The notes beneath the pieces were generated by a model. That model was not told where the DNA came from. It did not search any database and saw only the letters and a list, made by a program, of their open reading frames with translations. 64,000 bases of DNA, taken from Candidatus Multivorans sp. Its GTDB lineage: Bacteria; Acidobacteriota; Thermoanaerobaculia; Multivoradales; Multivoraceae. Positions 22,567 through 32,800 of the stretch are shown piece after piece; positions within the stretch are counted from its first letter, which is position 1, and every line of letters begins with the position of its first letter. The stretch is taken from assembly GCA_965224025.1 (NCBI GenBank), contig OZ245033.1, positions 3,584,001 to 3,648,000 on the forward strand. The letters run 5' to 3'. A program made the position numbers and the translations under genes.

Positions 22567-23553
22567 ATGAAGCACAAGGCACCCGGCAAGGCTTACCGCA
22601 AGGGACTGACGTTCGTGCAACTGGCGCGGATGTTCCCCGATGAAGCAGCCGCGCGAGACTGGTTCGAGACGTACCTTTGGCCCGATGGAGTGAAGTGGTG
22701 CCCGAACTGCGGCGGCGACAACACGCACGCATGCAAGCACAAGCAGATGCCGTACCGCTGCCGCGACTGCAAGCGGTACTTCAGCGTCAAGACCGGCACG
22801 CTCATGGCTGGTTCGCCGTTGCCTCTGTTGACGTGGCTCTACGCGATCTACCTCGAACTCACATCGCTCAAGGGCGTATCGAGCATGAAACTGCACCGTG
22901 ACCTAGGCGTCACTCAGAAGACCGCTTGGCACATGCTCCAGCGCATCCGCGAAGCGTTCGCCGCCGAAGGGCCGGAAGTCCGGTTCGACGGTCCCGCCGA
23001 AGTGGACGAGACGTACTTCGGCGGTCTGCGGAAGAACATGCCGAAGTGGAAGCGTGCGGAGCTTGAAGGTCGCGGCACGGTCGGCAAGACCGCCGTGGTG
23101 GGCATCAAGGACCGCGAGACCAAGAAGGTCGCGGCGAAGGTGGTCCGCTCCACCGACGGCGAGACCCTACAGGCGTTCGTGCGCGAGCACGTCGAACCCG
23201 GCGCGATGGTGTACAGCGACGATACCGGGGCGTACAGCGGTCTGACCGAGTACGAGCGTGGCACGGTGAAGCACTCGGTCGGCGAGTACGTGGACGGCAA
23301 GGTCCACACGAACTCGATCGAGAGCTTCTGGTCGATGCTCAAGCGGGCGCACAAGGGTGTGTTCCACAAGATCAGTCCGAAGCACCTGCAACGCTACGTC
23401 GATGAGTTCGCGGGTCGGCAGAACATCCGCGAGTACGACACGCTGGCGCAGATGGTCGCCGTCACGGAGGGACTCGCGGGCAAGCGGCTCCGCTATCGTG
23501 ACCTGATCGCCGACAACGGCCTGCCGTCGGGCGCGCGCGAGGCCGCCGCATGA
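22567..23553 (+). CDS. IS1595 family transposase
   Basis: Zn ribbon CPNCG..CRDC, HTH (SSMKLHRDLGVTQKTAW), catalytic EVDETY / YSDD / NSIESFWSMLKR, RYVDEFAGR. Confidence 0.95.
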   Translation: MKHKAPGKAYRKGLTFVQLARMFPDEAAARDWFETYLWPDGVKWCPNCGGDNTHACKHKQMPYRCRDCKRYFSVKTGTLMAGSPLPLLTWLYAIYLELTSLKGVSSMKLHRDLGVTQKTAWHMLQRIREAFAAEGPEVRFDGPAEVDETYFGGLRKNMPKWKRAELEGRGTVGKTAVVGIKDRETKKVAAKVVRSTDGETLQAFVREHVEPGAMVYSDDTGAYSGLTEYERGTVKHSVGEYVDGKVHTNSIESFWSMLKRAHKGVFHKISPKHLQRYVDEFAGRQNIREYDTLAQMVAVTEGLAGKRLRYRDLIADNGLPSGAREAAA

Positions 23554-24996
23554 CCATCCTCGGTTCGTTCAGTCTGGTTCCAAACAGCCTCTACTACGGC
23601 GACTGCCTCGAAGTCATGGGCGGTTGGCCAGCCGAGTCGGTGGATCTGATCTACCTCGATCCGCCGTTCAACTCGAAGGCGGACTACAACCAGTTGTTCG
23701 GCACCGAGAACGGCGTGCCGGCCCAAGTTCGGGCGTTCACCGACACATGGACATGGAACGACTCGGCGGCCGAGCGGTACGACCGTTTCAGCCGTGCAGT
23801 CGCGCATCCCGCGCACAAGGCGGTAGTCGGCCTGCACATGGCGCTAGGTCCATCGGGGATGCTCGCGTACCTCACCTACATGGCCGAGCGGCTCGCGGAG
23901 TGCAAGCGCCTGCTCAAGCCGACCGGCTCCATCTACCTGCACTGTGACCACACGGCGGGCGCGTACCTGAAGATGCTCATGGACGCGATCTTCGGAGCGA
24001 ACAATCGCCGAAGCGAACTCCACTGGTACTACTACAACAAGATGCACGACAGCCGGAAGAAGCTGTTTGCTGCCGCCACGGACACAATCTTCTTCTATGT
24101 CAAGGATGTGGACTCCGGTTTTTCGTTTGAACAACTTCAAGAACGCCGCGAAAAGCCCGTCAAGCAGCTTGTACGAGCCAAAGTCAACGGCCGCATGGTC
24201 AACAAGCGAGACGAAGACGGTCGGCTGATGTACCAGACCAAGACACATAGAACCATTGACAATGTGTGGCGGATACCCTGTTTGCAACCAGCATCGAGGG
24301 AGAGATTAGGCTATCCAACACAGAAGCCCCGTGCGCTGTTGGATCGCATCATCAAGGCGTCTTCTAGGGAAGGTGACTTGGTGCTTGACCCGTTCTGCGG
24401 TTGTGGCACGACGATAGACGCGGCGAATCGACTGCAACGGCAGTGGGTCGGCATCGACCTTTCACCGTTCGCCACTCGCCTTGTGCGTGACCGCAGGCTC
24501 AAGGATGCGAGTATCCAGATCTTCGGTATCCCGACAGATGTTGAAGGCGCACGGCTCCTGCTACGCAACAACCCGTTCGACTTCGAGGCGTGGATCGTTA
24601 CGTCGGTGGACGGGCTGGCGGCGAACGAGGTCCAGGTAGGCGACGGCGGCATCGACGGGCGCGGCAGGATGTTCACCGTGCCGGACGATGAAACAGGCTT
24701 GGTGCTCGCTCAGGTGAAGGGGGGGGTACACCGCATCGGCGCTGCGGGACTTCGAGGGCACGATGGGCCGCGAGAACGCCACGGCGGGCATCTTCGTCAC
24801 CTTGAAGCGCGTCACAACGTCCAGTGCCCGCGCGGCTGCCAAGGCGATGGGCGAGTACCGCGTAGGCGCGACGCGCTACCCTCGGCTCCAGTTCTGGTCC
24901 GCAGAGGAGTATCTGAGGGGCGTCCGTCCTCACCTACCCGCGATGGCCGACCCGTACACCGGCAAAGCAGTTCAGACCGACATGTTCACCGGATAG
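23550..24996 (+). pseudogene. beta-class N4/N6 DNA methyltransferase fused to an Mrr-like nuclease domain, frameshifted at G8 (24719-24726)
   Basis: Motif IV YLDPPF precedes YPTQKP and motif I LDPFCGCGT, then DGGIDG..QVKGG; the natural continuation YTASALRDFEGTMGRENATAGIFVTL lies in another frame ending at TAG 24994-24996. Confidence 0.8.
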
Positions 24997-25009
24997 CAGG
25001 GAGGAAGCG

Positions 25010-25192
25010 TTGCCCAAGAAGCCGAAGCGCCACACGGAACACAAGAAGGTGTACAAAGCCGAGTACGGCGGCGCTACGCCCGCGCAGGTCACGCTTGCGC
25101 TTCTACGCTACCGTCCAAACGCACCCGAAGCCGTCACGAAGCGTTTGCCACCGCAGGTTCAAGCCGACCCCGCTATCAAGTCTAGTGTATAA
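25010..25192 (+). CDS. small basic hypothetical protein inside the IS right end
   Basis: TTG start with SD GGAGG; 60 aa; stop codon lies within the right inverted repeat. Confidence 0.45.
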   Translation: MPKKPKRHTEHKKVYKAEYGGATPAQVTLALLRYRPNAPEAVTKRLPPQVQADPAIKSSV

Positions 25193-25562
25193 TCCCCATC
25201 CGGAGATGATGGTCGCTCATGCAATGGTAGTGGCGGCCACCGAGAACTACTGTGAAGAACACGGAGGCGAGTTCCTCGATCGTTTAGACTTCTCCCAGCT
25301 TGCTACCGCAACGGCGACCGCAGAAGATCACGAGGTGTAGGCTGAATCGTGCCGCAGGTCCTTCGGCGAGCCGGCCACTCTCGGCGAGGTGTTTAGGGGC
25401 GGGAGTTGCATCTCACTTCTCGGGTTTGCGGAAGTAGACGACGGAGTTCTTGCGGTCTCGCGTGGTCTTAAGGTCGGCCGCGAGCACCTCAATGTCGGGG
25501 GCAAGGGGCCGATGAAGTACCTGTACAATCGCGAGACCTCTACTTCGTCCTGGCCTCCGGGG

Positions 25563-27725
25563 CTAGAACAGGGGTTCTTGGGTCGCCACGTCGGTCCCGT
25601 TGGTCCGTTCTCGCGCAGGGAGCCTTGAGGGGCTCGGTGCGGCCGCCAGCGCCTCTAGAGCGGCTTCGACGTCATCGCTGAGAACGTCCATTTCCTCCGA
25701 CGATGTGATCGTCGTGAGGAGTTGGCCAAAGAGCACGATCTTCCGATCGTTGCGCGAGAGGGTGAAACCCGCATCAGCCAGCCGGAGCAGCTTTCGCTCT
25801 GCTACCTTGATCGCCACTTGGCGGCTGAAACTGCTCTCGGAGGCGGCGCCAACCTTACGGCACACCGTCGCTATGTCGAGCTGAATGGGTTCTTTCGCTT
25901 GCGCCTTCGGTGTCGCCACCGACATTTCAGCCTTCAACGGGTGGGCGTTTACGACTTGGAATCCGGCACTCAAGATCGCTTCGGCCAGCGCCGCCCACCC
26001 GGCATTTCGTGAATGGTGATATGTGAACACGAGTAGACCGTCATGCCTGAGCACGCGATGAGCCTCCCGGAACACCCCTGTGAGCTTCTCTGCGAACCGG
26101 TCAGCGTCGACATCCTGGACTTCACCCTTCGCCCGTGTCGATGACACCCCCTCGACAAAGCCACGCGGCGTTAGCTGCTGCCACGCAAAGAAGAAATCAG
26201 CCAACTCAGAGTAGTGAACGTTGTCGAAAAAGGGTGGATCAGTGAGAACTAGGTCGACGCTCTCCGGGGCCAAGTCTGTAAACGCCGAATCGCCGCAGGA
26301 GAGGTACAGGGAGCGCGGCGTGTAAGCTCCGTCATGCCGCCACGGCTTTATTGCGCCAGTGAATGGCCGCGAGCACACCACCGAACGCTTCCCGTTCGTT
26401 GCGCTCTTGAGCTCAGTTGGTGCCTTGTGATACTTAGCCGCACGCAGAAGCCGGCTACGGAAAAGACTCGCGAAAGATCCCGAACTCTTCGGTGTGCCCC
26501 AGAGATTCGCCTCAATGGGAGTGCGCTCCGGCTTCAAGATGTGGTGGGCGAACATGTGTCGAACCGCGCCGGTGCCTTCGCCCTTGTATGAGGCGAACAT
26601 GTTGTTGAACTCTAGTACGCCGGAGAAGAGGGTCAAGAATGCGTCGCGTCCCTTCTCCACAGGCAGGGCGGCGATGGCCTCGTGCAATCACCCTAAGGCG
26701 AGGAGCTGCCTCACGTTGAAGAAGTCGCGCCACTCCCGGAAACCGTAAGCCATCGCCTGCCGCGTGTTGTGGCCAGTCTGCAGCGCAAGTGTCGGAAGCC
26801 TGAAGCTCTCGCGTTCAAGTTCGCGCAGCAAGAGCTGCCGGCAGGCACCAAAGGCATAGTGATCATCCGTCGTCGCTGGCAGATACTCCTTTCGACCATC
26901 CTTGGTCAGTACAAGCTTGCCATACAGACGATAGCGCGGCGGCTTACCGCCTCTCAACGAAGCCGGCCGCACAGCGAAGCTCTCACCACAACTCCGGCGG
27001 GACGCCTTCGAGCCCCGCGCGATCCCTTCCCTCGGGTCAAAACGCAGCGCACATGACGGACACGTAGCCTCCTTGTCCGTGTAGAGCCCGGTGAACCAAG
27101 AGTCGCACCTAGGGCAGAGCACCTGAACTGCAGGCTTGCGCTTCGGATAGGCGTTGCGCGCCCGCATCCACGAGGAGAACAGGTCCACCGAGTTCCTACA
27201 GACTGGGCAGGCGGCTTGCATCACCCAGAAGAAGTAGAGAACCGTCGCCGGCCGGCCGCACAAGTCACGGGTCTCGTAGAGGCGCAGAATCCGTGCACCC
27301 ACATCCCGGCTAAGTGCCCTAAACGTCTCCTCAAGTACGTCGCTCTGCAAGCTCCCCAAAGCCACTCTTACGGCTTCTACCGCCACTGGATTGATGTCGC
27401 GGCCCAGCGCCGCGAGGCCGAGCTTGTGTGCCTCTCCCAACGTGGTACCGGAACCCATGAAGGGGTCGAACACGGTAATACCGGCGTAGTCCTGCGGCTC
27501 GTGGAACGCGTGCGTGAGGTCGTCATCCTCTCCGAGAATGCAGCCTAGCGTGATTCCCCGAAAGACGGATCCGAGACGCTTGGCCCACCACTTGTGGATG
27601 TGGTAGATCGGCCGGTGCACTTCCTTGCGCCAACTCTCGCGCCTCGCCAGCGCCGACAGGAACTCAAACGGGAAATGGTCGGTCTCGATCAGGCGGCGGC
27701 CAAGCATCTCAGCGCGCCTCCTCAT
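25563..27725 (-). pseudogene. Zn-ribbon-containing adenine DNA methyltransferase (DUF1156-like) with an internal in-frame TGA at 26688-26690
   Basis: HKWWAKR, motif I FDPFMGSGT, several CxxC, motif IV TDPPF; the two listed ORFs are in frame and separated only by TGA (LLALG*LHEAI). Start uncertain. Confidence 0.8.
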
Positions 27726-28464
27726 TCATCGTCACAGTCGAACCTGGCGGGCCTAGGCGCCAAGCGCGGAATCGGTGTTCCCGACCGGCATGCGGGTTCG
27801 TCACTCGATCTACGATGAGGTCGTTCGTGCGCAGGTCGAAGGCGTACGCCGCTACGAGTTCCGCAGCCTCGCTCCGAACCAACTCGCCAACTTCAACGAA
27901 CCGCTCCCCTGGCTCCTGCCCTTCCGGCAGAATCAGTGTGCGATGGTGCGCGAGACCATCCGCAAGTCGAAACGGCGTCGGGACCACATACATCTTCCGA
28001 TCGCGGATCATTAGGTCGCCGTAGGTCCCAAAGCCCCTCACGCTCTTATTCTTGTGTATGTAGTCATGGTCGGCGTTCAAGAAGTCGCCGTGAACGAAGA
28101 CCAAGTCCAGCACCGGATAGACGCTGCCGTCCGGATGCTTGGGATAGCGGCCGAACACGTAGTAGATTGCTCGACCGTTGTGGAATCCTGTCGGAACCTG
28201 GCTTTTGCTGTCGAAAGTAGCGTGTCGGCCCGGATACGCCAGCCCCTTCAGCTCGTAGCCCTCCGTGAATCGCACCAGCCGAAAGTCGGGATAGCTGTTC
28301 CGGCCGCCCTGTTCAAAGTTGAGCCCCGTTTCGCGAAGGCGCTCCTTGAACCAGTTCTGGAAGTGGAATTCCTTGTCGCTCAGACTCTCGCGCACGATCA
28401 GAGACCCACCTTCGATCGCCTTGACGCATTGCCGGAAGATGTTTGGGGCTTGCAGCGCCATCAC
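27709..28464 (-). CDS. putative type II restriction endonuclease (PD-(D/E)xK)
   Basis: YPDF..GYELK motif; overlaps the downstream methyltransferase gene; SD GAGAGG. Confidence 0.65.
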   Translation of the reverse strand: MMALQAPNIFRQCVKAIEGGSLIVRESLSDKEFHFQNWFKERLRETGLNFEQGGRNSYPDFRLVRFTEGYELKGLAYPGRHATFDSKSQVPTGFHNGRAIYYVFGRYPKHPDGSVYPVLDLVFVHGDFLNADHDYIHKNKSVRGFGTYGDLMIRDRKMYVVPTPFRLADGLAHHRTLILPEGQEPGERFVEVGELVRSEAAELVAAYAFDLRTNDLIVDRVTNPHAGREHRFRAWRLGPPGSTVTMNEEAR

Positions 28465-28939
28465 CGCCTCTCAACCGGATTCGACTGTACCAAGGTCTGC
28501 GGGGGCCAGACGAGACGAGCCGACGGTTCTCCTAACTGTCCATGTCCATCATGAGGCTCCGTGCCCTATTGTGTGCCTCGTTGGCCCCTCATGGTGGCCC
28601 CTCATGGTGGAACGCTACAGCATCGCCGGTACGCGGTCCACAGACAGCGAGGGATTTCGGCGGTTCCTCTAGTCCAAGTCAGTGGCGGAGTGTAGCCGCC
28701 CGGTTCGAGCTCGTGAGACTCACACGGCCCTGCGGGGATGCGGAAGTCCCATCGGGAGGTCTCTTGGGGAGTCTGGTCGTTCAATGCACATGAGCGTCAT
28801 GACGCATACGAGCGCTCCCCAGGACGGCTTCCGACCGCCGAGCGGGGCCCCGCAGTCCACAGCGTGAGGTCGAATCCGTCTAAGTCCTTGATGCCTCCGT
28901 TGCAGCGGGAGTATCGTCCCATAGGAAGAAGGGCGTGAC

Positions 28940-29275
28940 GTGAGCAGCCAGTCGCTTCAGGAAGCTAGCCGGGCTCTCCGCCGGGAACTTCCCCACATCA
29001 GGGCAGCGGTGCACCGCATCGTCCATGAGGTCTTCCCCGGCCTGCGGTTCACGAACATCTGGGTGCAGCCCGCCAGATCCTGGTACGGCGACGAGGTCGT
29101 CGACGTCTGGGCGATCTACGAGGGTGACGTTGAGGCTCAGGAACAAGCCGAGGGCCTGATCTCGTTCCGAAGAAGGGTCCGCGACCTGCTCTGGGACCAG
29201 GATCTGGAGGCAACACCCAGCATCCACATGGTCACGCAGTCCGATGCGGGAGATTGGCGCCCTGAAGGCCTCTGA
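28940..29275 (+). CDS. small nucleotidyltransferase-fold (MNT-like) putative antitoxin
   Basis: 111 aa, GDEVVDVWAIYEGD strand motif, overlapping a HEPN-like gene. Confidence 0.5.
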   Translation: MSSQSLQEASRALRRELPHIRAAVHRIVHEVFPGLRFTNIWVQPARSWYGDEVVDVWAIYEGDVEAQEQAEGLISFRRRVRDLLWDQDLEATPSIHMVTQSDAGDWRPEGL

Positions 29276-29725
29276 TCTTCTCGTCTCCGCCGGGCAGCAG
29301 CTCCCCTCCGGCCGCGGGCGGCCGCTGCGAACTCATCTTCGCCGTGCTGTGAGCACGGTCTACTACGCCCTCTTCCACTGTTTGGCGCAGTGCTGTGCAG
29401 ACACTCTGGTTGGGAAGACGCTCGAAGGACTCGTGCCTGGAATCTGGCCTACAGGTCGCTGTCTCACGGCCGAGCTCGTGAGGCATGCAGCCAGAAGCAC
29501 CTGGTCCGAAGCTTCCCCCGGGAGATTCAGGACTTCGCCGATCTCCTTGTTGACCTCCAGAAGGAACGCCACACGGCCGACTACGATCCGGCTCAGTTCT
29601 TCTTCAAGTCCAATGTCGAAGGCCACCTACGGAGCGCCCAAGCTACCGTCGAGCGATTCGAAAAAGCCGACATCCGAGACCGACGTGCGTTCGCGGCACA
29701 CGTCCTGTTCAAGGAACGGCCGTAG
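29244..29725 (+). pseudogene. HEPN-like protein, frameshifted near 29412-29420
   Basis: RRAVSTVYYALFH in one frame and AWNLAYRSLSHG..LQKERHTADYDP in another; one extra G in the GGG at 29412-29414 would join them. Confidence 0.7.
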
Positions 29726-29861
29726 CTGAACCCTCACTCAACTTCCGATAGTCATTGCCACCAACAAGGGCCGCCCGGACGCCACCCCGACACCCTCCGG
29801 TCTCCGGGAGGGCGGGTGAGCCCGACTCCGGTCCGCGCACCGCCGCGCAGCAGCGCAGGCG

Positions 29862-32800
29862 CTAGCTGTCGTTGGCGAGTTTGCGAAAGTACTCGTCGAC
29901 GAGTTCGCGGTAGCCGGCGGGAACTTGGTCGGAGTTGCCGAGGTAGACGCGTTCGGTGTCGGCGCCGCGCAGATCGCGCCACAGGCGGTACTCGAACTGC
30001 CGGAGCCCTTCGACGATGTCGCGGCGGAGGGACTCGAGGGCGAGGGGATCCCGGTTGAGCCCGAGCAGGTTCAGATCGCCCATCCGGCGCAGCACCTGAT
30101 CCAGGTCGGAGGTGTCCATCCGCTCGCGCCGGAGTTCGCCTCTCAAGGCCTCGAGGTCCTGCTGCCGCTGCTGCAACTCGCGATCGAACTGGCGCAGGTC
30201 CTCGGCGGTGAAGATGCCGGGCTGATAGTAGCCGCCGGAACTCGATCCGTACTGGTTGGCACGACCCCAGTCCCTGGCGCCGCCTTGCTGGTTGCGAGCG
30301 CCACCGCGCTCTGAAGCCTCGCCCGGTTGGCCACCCTCCTGGTTGCCGCCCCGCTGGTCGCCACCCTGTTGCTCGCCGCCCTGCTGCTGGCCACCTTGTT
30401 GGTCGCCACCCTGCTGCTCGCCGCCCTCCTGCCGGCCCTCCTGTTCGCCCCGCTGGCCGGGACGCTGGCCGAGCCTGGCGCCGGCCTCGGCCCGGTCGCG
30501 CAGACGGGCCTCGAATGAAGACAGGTTCTCGACCAGGTCGCGAGTCCGCTCAAGCATGTCATCCTGGCGCTGGCCTCCCCCTTCGCCGACGCTCTCCCGC
30601 GCTTCGGCGATCCGCTCCGCCACTTCGTCGATGTCTTGGCGGATCTGACCCTCGAACAGGCGCGCGAACTCCGCGTCACGGCCGGCCAGCACACCCTTCG
30701 AGTAGCGGATCTTTTCCTTCAACTGCTCGTCCCGGATCACCTCGGCCGAGGCCTGCAGCTTGCGCGCCGCCTCCGGCTGCTCGTCGCGGGCGCTTCTCGT
30801 CATCCGGTTGAGCTGGGCTTCCAGGCCGCCCACCTCATCGGTCAGGCGATCCTTGCGCTCCATGATCCGCTCGATGAACTCCGAACGTTCCCGCGCCGTG
30901 AGATCGCTCCGGCGCCGGCCGCCTTCGCCCTCCTGACCCGCCAGCTCTTCAACCTGCTCCTCGATCCGGCTCTGCATCTGCGATACGCGCTCGGCGCGCT
31001 GCTGCAGTTCCTCCATTTCCCGGCCGAGTTGCCGGCGGCGGTTGCGGTCCAGCAGCCGGCGCGCGTCGCGCAGCTTGTCCAGGGCCGCGATCCCCTGCGC
31101 CCCGGCACTCGACCGGGAACCGGAGGCGCCGGCCTGTGAGCGCTTCATCTGCTCGACCGCCTCCCGCAACGCCTGGGTCGTCTGCTGGAGTTCCGCACGC
31201 TGCTGCTCGCGCGCCAACCGTTCCAGCCGCCTCGCCAACTCCTCGGTTTCGTCGATCAGTTGCTGCTGACTGCCGCCGCCGCCGCCGCCCTGCTGCTGGC
31301 GACCCCGCAACCGGTTCTGGCGCTCGTTCTCACGCTGCTGGCGGCGGGCCAGCTCGCGCAACTTCTGCATCAGTTCGTCGATCTCGGCCTGCGCCTGCTC
31401 GGCGGCGCCCCGCTGCACCGTCTCGTACTGGTTGCGCAGCTTGTCGAGTTCCAGCTCGAACAGATCCGCGAGGTCCTCCGATAGCTGCTGGTTGCCGCCG
31501 CCACCGCCGCCGCCCTGCTGGAACGAGATCGTCAGTTCGCGGAATGCGGATTCCGCCCGCTGCAGCGACGCCAGGGCCTGCTTCTCCACCGTCATCGCCT
31601 CATCAGGCCGCTCCGCCTCGAGTTCCCGCTGGGCGGCCGCCATCTCCGTGCCGGCCTGCTGAAGGAATTCGATGATCTGGGAGAACTCCTCGTCCTCGAG
31701 CAACTGCTGGCCGCGGTTCCCCATCCGCGTGATCAGCGAGCCGACCTGGTCCCGCAGGCGTCCCTGCATCAGGGCGATCGTGGTCAGGTTCTCGGACATC
31801 TCCTTGCCGGAGTACTCCTCCGCGTCCCTGACCAGCCGGAAGGTGGCCGAGATGATCATCTTCTGCTGCACCGACAGCGTGTTGTCGAAACCGCCGTCGC
31901 CACCCATGCCGCCGCCGCCCTGCTCGGCCTGCCTGTAGTTCCGATCGAAGGGCCTGATCTCCAGGAAGTAGATGTCGCTGATCACGGGCTTCGAGCGCCC
32001 GCGGTCCCAGGCCTCGGCGTAGTAGGAGATCGAGTCGCCGATCTCGAGATCCATCTCTTCCAGGAAGAGCGTATGCCCGGCGGTGACCTTCTTCATCGAA
32101 GAGCGGCTGTCCAACAGGTTCAGCGCGATCTCCTCGCCGCCGTTCACCGTGTAGCGGATGCCCAGACGACTCACACCGTAGTCGTCCTCGGCTTCCACCT
32201 GGGCGAACACTTCATCCACCAGGGTCACCTGGATGTCCCGGCCGGGACTGGTGAAACGGACGATCGGGGGCTGGTCCTCGAGCGCGGTGATCATGTACTC
32301 CGCCGAAGCCCGGTGCCACCGGCCCTCGTCGTCCATCAACTCGATGCGGTAGTACGTGTTGCCGCTGATCGTGTAGGCGGCCGACAGTCTTTCACCTCCG
32401 GAACCGAGGTCGATCGGCGCCTCGTCCTCGATCAGGAGCCGTCCTTCCGGCACCTCGAAGATCGGCAGGATGCTGAACAGGACCTCCGTGCCCTCGAGCA
32501 CGGCGATGTCTCCGCCGTCCTCGACCGTCCGGTCGGACAGACCGCTGTACTCGGGGAACCTGTACTCCAGGTCGATCCGGTCCACGTAGGGCAGATCCTT
32601 GACCCGGATGCGGTAGATCGACGAGCGCACGCCGGACGCGTCGACGTAGTAGTCGGTGTCCGCGCGCAGGTTCAGGGCAATGAAGTCGTGGGTAGCCCGC
32701 ACATCGCCGATCATCAGCTCGGCGTCGAGGTCGATCTCGGCGTTCACGCGGTTCATGGGCCACTGCTGCCAGTCGCCCCGCGCGTCGCCGCTCGCATCCA

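Larger units (their letters stand above)
22492..25197 (+). mobile_element. IS1595-family insertion sequence with passenger genes (probably ISNwi1 group), 2706 bp
   Basis: Left end GGGGATTATATATTAGGCTTGAC versus reverse complement of right end GGGGATTATACACTAGACTTGAT; 8-bp TSD ATCCGGAG at 22484-22491 and 25198-25205. Confidence 0.95.
21661..25340 (+). pseudogene. TIR-domain protein (321 aa when rebuilt: 21661-22491 + 25206-25340) interrupted by an IS1595 element
   Basis: YDVGLSFAGEQR..VFLD..LWGKNL..CILFVS..Y..KVWMNHE is a bacterial TIR domain. Removing the IS and one TSD copy restores the frame ..HDYPE|MMVAH..EDHEV*. Confidence 0.85.

Noticed and set aside
23550-25340. 596-aa methyltransferase ORF as listed
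   Set aside because: Chimeric: after the G8 frameshift it runs off-frame through the IS end and into the TIR gene tail.
26688-26690. TGA in the DUF1156-like MTase as selenocysteine
   Set aside because: Hydrophobic helix context fits Trp, not a redox Cys, and no clear SECIS-like hairpin follows.
28680-28780. tRNA or tRNA-Sec at the island edge (GGCGGAGTGTAGC..GGTTCGAG)
   Set aside because: The T-loop-like motif is too close to the 5' end; no cloverleaf or acceptor stem could be built.
30325-30445. CRISPR-like array
   Set aside because: 15-bp in-frame Gln/Gly coding repeats with no unique spacers or cas genes.
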